Source of the DNA: a virus
Lineage: Duplodnaviria > Caudoviricetes
Length of the DNA: 31,462 bases
IMG/VR virus record: IMGVR_UViG_3300025635_000107
Coordinates: 1 to 31,462 of that record
Direction: 5' to 3' (one strand)
A program made the translations under genes and the position numbers. How positions within the stretch are numbered: the first letter of the stretch is position 1; each line of letters opens with the position of its first letter. A model generated the notes under the pieces. The model saw nothing but the letters and a program-made list of their open reading frames with translations, did no database searches and was not told the DNA's origin. This document shows, piece after piece, positions 25,021 to 31,462 of this stretch.

Positions 25021-25148
25021 GTTAGTGAGCACTCACTTACATGGTTGTCAGCCTGGCAAGTTAGTAAGCACTAACTAATTAGGTTAGTGAGTACTCACTT
25101 ACAAAGTTAGTGAGCACTAACTAACCAGGTTAGTGAGCACTAACTGTT
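25021..25148. repeat. array of five palindromic sites matching the SlmA-binding sequence (SBS)
   Basis: GTTAGTRAGYACTMACT at 25021, 25060, 25083, 25106 and 25129; exact GTGAGTACTCAC at 25087-25098. The repeat is certain; the SlmA identity is inferred from the motif match. Confidence 0.8.
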
Positions 25149-25167
25149 AGCATAATGTTATCAAATC

Positions 25168-25176
25168 TGTGGATAA
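25168..25176 (-). promoter_or_regulatory. consensus DnaA box
   Basis: TGTGGATAA, the reverse complement of TTATCCACA. Confidence 0.6.
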
Positions 25177-25199
25177 CTTTATTTGTTGTCATTCTGCTA

Positions 25200-25226
25200 T
25201 GTGGGCAATGTGGGCAATGTGGGCCA
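25200..25226 (+). repeat. 9-bp tandem repeat TGTGGGC(A/C)A x3
   Basis: TGTGGGCAA TGTGGGCAA TGTGGGCCA. Confidence 0.85.
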
Positions 25227-25462
25227 TGGTTTAAAATCGCACCGGCTACTGTAAACGCGGTCCTATTCCTGACAATATTGCCATAATGATAATGAAAAAA
25301 CACAAAAATCAGCTTTACAGAATAATCTGTCACATAGTCCACAAAATGCCAAAAGCCGCTCGCAGACTAGGTTTCGCCGTGGGTCAAATGGGGCGTTTTT
25401 TGGCGGCCACAATCCGCCCATTTCTGTCACAAAAAGACACCAAAATAAATGCAAAACAATCC

Positions 25463-25490
25463 TTGACATTTATTTTTGTGCCGCTATAAT
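25463..25490 (+). promoter_or_regulatory. consensus sigma70 promoter (early)
   Basis: TTGACA (25463-68), 16-nt spacer, TATAAT (25485-90); A-rich UP-element-like sequence upstream. Confidence 0.88.
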
Positions 25491-25556
25491 GGTTTCAGCA
25501 GCAAAACATTGTGTAGCAAAATAACTGCCTATTTTTTAAGCAAACCGGAGAAAAAC

Positions 25557-25721
25557 ATGAAAACCGCTTCATGGGTAATTGTAGAGAACGCCACCGGCAA
25601 CGCCATTTTTGAGACGTTCAACCCTGCTATTGCAGACAAAATAAACCGCGACAAATACTCAGCGGTGCCAATCCTGCAATATCTGCAGGCGCTCAATAAA
25701 TCATTGAAAGGCCAAAAATGA
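25557..25721 (+). CDS. hypothetical early protein
   Basis: GGAGA RBS before ATG 25557 (MKTASWVIVE...); first ORF after the promoter. Confidence 0.75.
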   Translation: MKTASWVIVENATGNAIFETFNPAIADKINRDKYSAVPILQYLQALNKSLKGQK

Positions 25722-25804
25722 AACCTACCATTCTCGAAATCGCTTGCGCCGTGTTCGGCTTTGCATCACTCGCGCTATTTGTCTTTATGTTGCTGGCTTA
25801 CTAA
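25718..25804 (+). CDS. small membrane peptide, 28 aa (MKPTILEIACAVFGFASLALFVFMLLAY)
   Basis: Translated by hand; ATGA overlap; AAGG upstream; single TM helix. Confidence 0.6.
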   Translation: MKPTILEIACAVFGFASLALFVFMLLAY

Positions 25805-25825
25805 CTAACTAGGGGAACCGACCAA

Positions 25826-26470
25826 ATGAAAATCTCTGTTACTTCAAAACTTGACGGCGTGCGCTCATGGTCTCTGCAGGCGCTCGAAACATGCCCAGGT
25901 AGTATCGCGGCGCCTGGCCAGCTGGTCGACGCCTGCGCAGGCTGTTATGCCACTACCGGCAACTATAGGTTTGAGAATGTCAAGGCACCGCGCAGGCACA
26001 ATAAGGAAGACTGGCAGCGGATCGAATGGTGCGACGATATGGTTCAGGAACTAGCCAAAGATACGCATTTCCGCTGGTTTGATTCCGGCGATATGTATAC
26101 GCTCGCTTTGGCTGAAAAAATACTCGAAGTTATGCGCCGCACGCCATGGGTAAAACATTGGCTCCCGACGCGCATGCACAAGTTTCCGAAGTTTCGGCAG
26201 GTACTGTCTGAAATGCAGGCGCTGAAAAATGTATGCGTGCGGTTTTCATCCGACAGCGTCACTGGCCAGTACACAAAAGGCCTTCACGGTTCCGTGATCG
26301 TGCCCACGCCCGACGATGTCAAGCGCGGTATGACATTGTGCGGCGCTTATGACAATGGCGGCGCATGTGGCCCGTGCCGTGCCTGCTATGACAAGAAAAT
26401 TAAAGTAATTGCTTATCCGGCGCACGGCGTCAAGATGAGCAAGGTAATTCGCATCAAATTGGCGGCGTGA
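25826..26470 (+). CDS. Gp88-like Cys-rich protein (probable Fe-S binding)
   Basis: SKL...SWSL...TCPGS...CAGCYA, FRWFDSGD, HWLPTR and C-terminal CGPCRACY match my recollection of the 'gene product 88' family. Confidence 0.75.
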   Translation: MKISVTSKLDGVRSWSLQALETCPGSIAAPGQLVDACAGCYATTGNYRFENVKAPRRHNKEDWQRIEWCDDMVQELAKDTHFRWFDSGDMYTLALAEKILEVMRRTPWVKHWLPTRMHKFPKFRQVLSEMQALKNVCVRFSSDSVTGQYTKGLHGSVIVPTPDDVKRGMTLCGAYDNGGACGPCRACYDKKIKVIAYPAHGVKMSKVIRIKLAA

Positions 26471-26628
26471 TGCGCTATCGCCTGCAGTACGGCCAGCTGG
26501 ATTGCTTCAACGAAGTGATCCGCTGGCAAGATTTTCCGCCGGCCAATGGCCGGTATATCACACGGCGCGTGCCTGTACCGGCGCGCCAGATTCCGACAAT
26601 CGAAAGCCACGGAGAGGCATTATGGTAA
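26470..26628 (+). CDS. hypothetical protein, 52 aa (MRYRLQYGQLDCFNEVIRWQ...GEALW)
   Basis: Translated by hand; TGATG overlap with the upstream stop. Confidence 0.6.
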   Translation: MRYRLQYGQLDCFNEVIRWQDFPPANGRYITRRVPVPARQIPTIESHGEALW

Positions 26629-26765
26629 CTAACATGCACAAAATATACTGGACTGTCATTTATTCAAGCGGGCATCGCGCCTATTTTAAGACTGAAGAAG
26701 CCGCCCGCGCTGAAGCGGTTTTATGTGGAATCGGTCTAATCCCTCCGCTTTACCGTGAAATTTAA
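26622..26765 (+). CDS. hypothetical protein
   Basis: GGAGAGG RBS before ATG 26622, within ORF 26502..26765. Confidence 0.6.
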   Translation: MVTNMHKIYWTVIYSSGHRAYFKTEEAARAEAVLCGIGLIPPLYREI

Positions 26766-26774
26766 GGAGATAAC

Positions 26775-26951
26775 ATGCAAACGATTAAAGATTATCTAAC
26801 ACTTGACGAACGCGAACGCGCGGCTTACATGGCCGGCAATTACGATCTGGCGCACGCGCTGCAGCAAATTGACGCGCTGGAGCGGGAAATTAGCCGGCTG
26901 CAGTACTTATTAACCGACCATGGAGTGAACTATGCGCAAAACGACGATTGA
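26775..26951 (+). CDS. hypothetical protein, 58 aa (MQTIKDYLTLDERERAAYMAG...)
   Basis: Translated by hand; strong TAAGGAG RBS. Confidence 0.75.
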   Translation: MQTIKDYLTLDERERAAYMAGNYDLAHALQQIDALEREISRLQYLLTDHGVNYAQNDD

Positions 26952-27183
26952 CACTTCGGCGCCCTGGTACCCGGCGCATCTCTGGCCGTACACCTACACA
27001 CACGGCGACACCGAACTGCTCTGCTTTGTCGACTGGGAACCCGCAGACCGGTCTGTCGGGTTTGCTGGTAATGCGTGGCTCATTCACGCGTACGCCGGCG
27101 GGGTTGACGTGGTCGACCTGCTCAAAGATACGATTATCCGTGACATTGAGGAGAATGCCGCATGTTCGCTCTCATCGGATTGA
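26932..27183 (+). CDS. hypothetical protein
   Basis: GGAG RBS; overlaps the upstream gene. Confidence 0.7.
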   Translation: MRKTTIDTSAPWYPAHLWPYTYTHGDTELLCFVDWEPADRSVGFAGNAWLIHAYAGGVDVVDLLKDTIIRDIEENAACSLSSD

Positions 27184-27221
27184 TACTTGCGGCCATGCTC
27201 GCCATCGTGCTAGGGTTGTGA
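27162..27221 (+). CDS. 19-aa hydrophobic peptide (MFALIGLILAAMLAIVLGL)
   Basis: Translated by hand; GAGGAG RBS 8 nt upstream; last ORF before the terminator. Confidence 0.5.
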   Translation: MFALIGLILAAMLAIVLGL

Positions 27222-27269
27222 CGCGGCTACTCTCCGGCCGCTGGCCCTTCGGGCCATCCTTCGGTTTTG

Positions 27270-27294
27270 GCCCGCCTTCCGGCGGGCTTTTTTT
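27270..27294 (+). terminator. intrinsic terminator of the early cassette
   Basis: GCCCGCC-TTCC-GGCGGGC followed by T7. Confidence 0.9.
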
Positions 27295-27298
27295 ACGT

Positions 27299-29617
27299 CT
27301 ATTTGACCAGGCGAACAGCGGACGGCGGTGGTGTTTCTTCGACCATGCGGCGCAATTCTGACTTGCTCGCCGTGTCGGCTAGCTCTGGCGCGCAGATAAT
27401 GTGCTTGCGGGTGTCAAACTCCCTCGACTTTATGCGCCCCATATCGACCCAGCCGGCCTCTTTCAGCGCATGCAGTAGCGCCTGCTGTACCACGCGGGTA
27501 TTCATCGGTGCGCCGCCCTGCAGCCGGTCGCACAGGCTATAAAACGGTGCGGCCACCACGCCCGCAGAGAACTCGCCCAAGCGGCGCTCGATCATCTCGA
27601 CAAGGTACGACTCAGCCGTTGACCTGCCCTGCTCGACCATGATTATTTTCGCCTCGGTCAGTGGTGGAGTGCCGCCCGGGTTGAATTTGCTCACGTCACG
27701 CTCATAGAGCCACGCCGCGACCGCCGAACAGCCGCCATTATCCAGCCAGCGCCACAAGCGGGCGCCTTCCTCCTCGGTCATGCGCGGCGCGTCCGAGTAC
27801 ACGACAAACCAGCGGCGGTCTTCGGACGGCAGCGACAAAGGCACGCGCTCATTCGAGAATGCCAGCACTAGCATTCGGTTCAGTGCCTGATACGGGTGCA
27901 AGCCTTTGCGGTTAACGGTTACAAACTCAGGCGGCGCCGCAATGATGGGCTTCAGGTGGTTCTCGAGCGCGCGCCGGTCTTTCGCTTCCGCTTGCCGCAG
28001 CTCTTCGAACACCATAATTTCGGACTCGTAGTTGTAGCCCCATTGAGACGTAATTTCCTCATTGCGCACGATAGCCACGTTACGCCGGCTAGCGCGAGCA
28101 CCCCCAACAGCCCATAAAAACGGCTCGTATAGCGTATCTTTGCCGCTGCCCTGCCGGCCAATGTGCAGAATCGCGTGATTGATCTTGACGTCTGGGCGCT
28201 GCACCTTGTGCGCTATAACGTCGAGCAAATGCTCCCGCTCAAACGCTTCGGGCACCATCCGCTGCAGATGGTCTAACCAAGGTGTTACATCGCCAGCTAC
28301 GCACGCCGGACGGCCATCCGACCATCGGTTGCCGTAGACTTGCCCGTCACGCGACACCAGCACCGTCTCGCCGGCAGCGTAAGTAATACCGGCTAGAGCG
28401 AGCGCGCCTTTCGCCTGTCGGTTTTCGTCAAAGCATGTAGACGCCTCAATTCGGCGCGGCGTTTTGCCCTTGTGGATGGAGTGACAGGTAACGTGCCGAA
28501 AGAGTGCATTAAAAGTATTGCGACTAATCTCGCGTCTATCCAGCATGTCAAAGTACGAATCATCATCCTGAATGTACGCAAAACGCTCATACCAGCTCTC
28601 CTTCTCGACCCTATCCAGTTGTTTTTTCTCAACCTCGGCGATCACCTCGGCGCCCTTGTCAGGAAAGGCTTCGGTCGGCGTCAGTTTTGCAAGCGTCTGA
28701 TCCATCACCGCCGCCAGCAGCTCCTCACGCAGACCAGGCGCGTGCTTTGGCCCACCATTGGCAGCGACCCAATCGAGAAACGCGTGAGAGTCAAAATCAA
28801 CGCAGTGACTATGCAGGCACCGGTAAGAGCGCGTTGACGGGCTGTAGCGCCCCTCTGGGTTGCCATCGGTATGCTCGTCCTTGTTCGGGCACAGGACGCC
28901 CGCCCATCCGGCAGGGTTTGGCAACGACAACAGCACGCCCTGATGCGAGAGCCACGCCATCACATCGTCAGCGCCATCGTCGGACAAACGGATAGGACGC
29001 ACGCCTAGCGACTCGGCAGGCGCTGGGGTGACGCCAAGAGCTACGCAAATCTCGGGCAGGCTGTACTCGCGGTCGGGGTGGAACTCGACTAGCCGAGCGG
29101 CGAAGTTATTTTTGTTGGGTTTTAAGTTGATCGACCCCGGCAGACGCCAGTTGCGCACCGCGTTGCAGGCACCAGGATCCGTATAGCCGGCGTCCGCAAT
29201 GGCTCGGATGGCCGCAGCATACTCGCCGGTGGTCGGCTGCTCTGAGAATGCGTAACCCCACTGGAACGACCCCTCGGACGTCTCCATGATCCATGTCGGC
29301 GGCAGGCTCGGCAGGTTCGGCGCCTTCTCGGGGTCGCCGACGTCATCCAAAACCATGACGAGAACGTAGTCGGCATTGGCTGCTGACGCGGACACATGCC
29401 CGTCCTTGAACCGGTCAACAATGAAGCTTGCCGTGTTGCCGTAGATCGCCCAATCGGGTTTGGTCGGGTAGTCCGGCAGATAAGCCGGCCAAGTGCATTT
29501 GATTGCGCCGTCGGCGTGAAATTGCAGCTGACCGGACTTCAGTTGTGGCTTTTGGCGCACAATGAGCGCCGTCTCACCCATCGGGGCCAGATTAGTATAA
29601 AATTCTAGGAATTCCAT
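27299..29617 (-). CDS. primase-helicase (RepB'-type AEP primase domain, Zn-binding linker, C-terminal SF3-like helicase)
   Basis: VMVLDDVG, PPTWIMETSEGSFQWGY, RNWRLPG; CPNKDEH...CLHSHC; Walker A GRQGSGKD, MVFEE, FSN, DRRW. Confidence 0.85.
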   Translation of the reverse strand: MEFLEFYTNLAPMGETALIVRQKPQLKSGQLQFHADGAIKCTWPAYLPDYPTKPDWAIYGNTASFIVDRFKDGHVSASAANADYVLVMVLDDVGDPEKAPNLPSLPPTWIMETSEGSFQWGYAFSEQPTTGEYAAAIRAIADAGYTDPGACNAVRNWRLPGSINLKPNKNNFAARLVEFHPDREYSLPEICVALGVTPAPAESLGVRPIRLSDDGADDVMAWLSHQGVLLSLPNPAGWAGVLCPNKDEHTDGNPEGRYSPSTRSYRCLHSHCVDFDSHAFLDWVAANGGPKHAPGLREELLAAVMDQTLAKLTPTEAFPDKGAEVIAEVEKKQLDRVEKESWYERFAYIQDDDSYFDMLDRREISRNTFNALFRHVTCHSIHKGKTPRRIEASTCFDENRQAKGALALAGITYAAGETVLVSRDGQVYGNRWSDGRPACVAGDVTPWLDHLQRMVPEAFEREHLLDVIAHKVQRPDVKINHAILHIGRQGSGKDTLYEPFLWAVGGARASRRNVAIVRNEEITSQWGYNYESEIMVFEELRQAEAKDRRALENHLKPIIAAPPEFVTVNRKGLHPYQALNRMLVLAFSNERVPLSLPSEDRRWFVVYSDAPRMTEEEGARLWRWLDNGGCSAVAAWLYERDVSKFNPGGTPPLTEAKIIMVEQGRSTAESYLVEMIERRLGEFSAGVVAAPFYSLCDRLQGGAPMNTRVVQQALLHALKEAGWVDMGRIKSREFDTRKHIICAPELADTASKSELRRMVEETPPPSAVRLVK

Positions 29618-29635
29618 TGCAGTCCTTGTAGTTGA

Positions 29636-29664
29636 AAGAGCCGCCCTGCCAGGCGGCTTTTTTA
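29636..29664. terminator. hairpin terminator with the better U tract on the + strand
   Basis: AGCCGCC-CTGCCA-GGCGGCT followed by TTTTT (+); only CTTTC on the - strand. Confidence 0.7.
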
Positions 29665-30141
29665 TTTGATGGCGCTTAACAACCGTGTTTCGGCAGCGTG
29701 CCGTGCAGCAATCGCAGCCGACACATCGTCGAACAAACCCAGATTAAAATTTTTGTAGCCTACTTTGATGCGCGCGTTCCACTTCTTGCGATCTGCGCGC
29801 CACGTGACGCCCGACACCCCACTTTTACTGCCGGATCGAACCGGAACATTGTGCATGTTCGTCGATTGATCTGCAAGCCGCAAATTGTTTATCTGATTGT
29901 CGTCTTTGATGCGGTTTATGTGATCTAAACCTCTTGCAGGCCATTCACCATACACGTAAAGCCATGCTAAACGATGCGCTTTATACAGCACAGTGTCTAG
30001 TCGAATCACAACGTAACCATAACCGTCTTTGGTCCCGGCAACTGCGCCTTGCTGCGCTCTAGGATGGCTAACTTTCCACGTAAACACGCCGGTTTCAGGC
30101 GCATAATGCAACAGCTCTTTTAGCCGTTTTTGCGTAATCAT
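29662..30141 (-). CDS. HNH homing endonuclease with AP2-like DNA-binding domain
   Basis: AHRLAW...LDHINRIKDDNQINNLR HNH motif; SGVSGVTW...KWNARI...LGLF...AIAAR AP2 motif. Confidence 0.92.
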   Translation of the reverse strand: MITQKRLKELLHYAPETGVFTWKVSHPRAQQGAVAGTKDGYGYVVIRLDTVLYKAHRLAWLYVYGEWPARGLDHINRIKDDNQINNLRLADQSTNMHNVPVRSGSKSGVSGVTWRADRKKWNARIKVGYKNFNLGLFDDVSAAIAARHAAETRLLSAIK

Positions 30142-30157
30142 TGTGCCCTCACTAAAG

Positions 30158-31462
30158 TTACTTGCCGTAGCGTAACATTATACTGCCCTCGGCAGCAAGC
30201 GGCAATCCTTTGGCCCACACAGGCGCTGTCGTCATTATTTCGTGCATCCGCGCGCTGACGCGTTCGGCGTCCGCTGCATCGCACTCCACGACCGCTTCAT
30301 CATGCACGTGCGCTACGACCGCGAACCCTTCCCGGTCTAACGCGCGCAATGTCTCGCGCAACAAATCGTGCGCAGCAGCCTGAGTTATATTTTCGCAAGC
30401 GAGCCCGCGCCACAAGCGTGCCCGTGGCCATTCCTTCGCATCAGCTGCCGGCTTCCAGGCTGCTTTGACGTACGTGATCTCGTCACCCTCAAACTTAGCA
30501 AATGGATAGCACAGGATGCGCCCACTGGGCAGCGCATACCAGAGGTGTTGACCGTCGTACAGGTAGGTGACCCGACCGGCTGAGAACTCGCGGTTCGGGT
30601 TGCGTAGCGCCCGTGTGTAGGCGCTCTCAAGCTTCTCCCAGTAACGCACTGCCCACGCATTAGCGCGACGCCAAGCGTCTACAATGCGGCGGGAGTCCGA
30701 CTCGGGCATAACAATGCCGTAGTTGCGACCCATCGCTGAAAAAGCGCCGACAGACCCCCCAAATCCTAGACTGAGGATTGCGACTTTCCCTATCTGGCGT
30801 TGCTCTTTTGATACTGTTTCTTCACTAATGCGATAAATACCCGCGGCCTCACGCTTGTAGATGTCGCGACCTTCACGAAAGACTTGCAACACCTCCTCGG
30901 CCTGCGCATCGGCTGACGCCCACGGCGTCATTCTTGCCTCGATAGCCGACCAGTCGTAACCAACAAATACTTTCCCCGGCGCAGGTATCAGTGCGGGCCT
31001 GAGCATTCCCCGGAGAACATCCGTAACGCGTTTTCCAAATCTTGGGGTGATGCTGTGGCCTCTGACCATAGCGTGGCGTATTGCTTCTGGGTCTTCGGCG
31101 CATTTCCGCGACATATTGTGTAATTGAGCGCCATAGCTTGAAGCACGTCCGGTGGCAGAGCCTCCTGCAAATACGAAAGCACCTCGTACTCGGTGATCGT
31201 CTTCGTCTGCCAGGCTCGCAAGGCGGCTGAACTTCGCAACTGACGACGCCCAGAGGTCATCTGCGCATTGAATGACGTCCGCAACAGTGGTCGGAATCTC
31301 ATCGGGGTTTTCCTCGGCAAAAGCCAGTAAATTGGCACGGACGGACTTGTCGATAGAATACTTCAAGTCGCCGTCCTTGTACGTCTCCATCATCTTTAAA
31401 GCTTGCGGGCCGACCCGGTCAATCACCCATGACTTCATCTTGGGGCTGCGCACGGACTTGAT
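30158..31462 (-). CDS. DNA polymerase family A (5' part outside the window)
   Basis: TGRASS...QLHN, motif A DWSAIEAR, motif B RQIGKVAILSLGFG, ENITQA, motif C HVHDE; frame is open to the window edge. Confidence 0.93.
   Translation of the reverse strand: MKSVRSPKMKSWVIDRVGPQALKMMETYKDGDLKYSIDKSVRANLLAFAEENPDEIPTTVADVIQCADDLWASSVAKFSRLASLADEDDHRVRGAFVFAGGSATGRASSYGAQLHNMSRKCAEDPEAIRHAMVRGHSITPRFGKRVTDVLRGMLRPALIPAPGKVFVGYDWSAIEARMTPWASADAQAEEVLQVFREGRDIYKREAAGIYRISEETVSKEQRQIGKVAILSLGFGGSVGAFSAMGRNYGIVMPESDSRRIVDAWRRANAWAVRYWEKLESAYTRALRNPNREFSAGRVTYLYDGQHLWYALPSGRILCYPFAKFEGDEITYVKAAWKPAADAKEWPRARLWRGLACENITQAAAHDLLRETLRALDREGFAVVAHVHDEAVVECDAADAERVSARMHEIMTTAPVWAKGLPLAAEGSIMLRYGK

Noticed and set aside
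25021-25148. CRISPR mini-array
   Set aside because: Repeats are 17-20 bp with mostly 3-6 bp between them, far too short for spacers, and there are no cas genes.
25146-25166. dif-like XerCD site (GCATAATG...TTATCAAAT)
   Set aside because: It resembles parts of both dif arms but lacks the 6-bp central region and an intact TTATGTTAAAT arm, so it cannot be called a functional dif.
24799-25489. Short ORFs across the control region
   Set aside because: They translate repeats (HCPHCPH, AHIAH), lack RBSs and overlap promoters; the region is better explained as non-coding.
1-31462. tRNA, rRNA, integrase or alternative genetic code
   Set aside because: None recognised by eye; genes tile densely under the standard code.

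Overview
About 31.5 kb of a tailed dsDNA phage genome with a P22-like short-tail (podovirus) virion module. A Betaproteobacterial (Burkholderiales-type) host is inferred, not shown. Layout: (1) 1-2534 (+), a chain of small accessory genes with overlapping stop/start codons. (2) 24869->2508 (-), one long late operon: small and large terminase, small basic proteins, portal, ferritin-like protein, scaffold, P22 gp5-like coat, decoration candidates, gp4/gp10-like tail hub, needle/fibre, three ejection proteins, a set of small fibre-like proteins interrupted by a GIY-YIG endonuclease, holin candidates and a GH108 endolysin. (3) About 24870-25550, a non-coding control region with divergent sigma70-type promoters. 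(4) 25557-27294 (+), an early cassette with a Gp88-like Cys-rich protein, closed by an intrinsic terminator. (5) 31462->27299 (-), family A DNA polymerase (truncated by the window edge), an HNH-AP2 endonuclease and a primase-helicase. The most striking signal is in the control region: five palindromic 17-20 bp repeats, four of them at an exact 23-bp period, match the SlmA-binding sequence of the nucleoid-occlusion system (one copy contains the exact consensus GTGAGTACTCAC) and lie next to a perfect DnaA box. This suggests a DNA-only way for the phage to co-opt host cell-division control. All calls were made by eye from motifs and gene order; no database searches were run.
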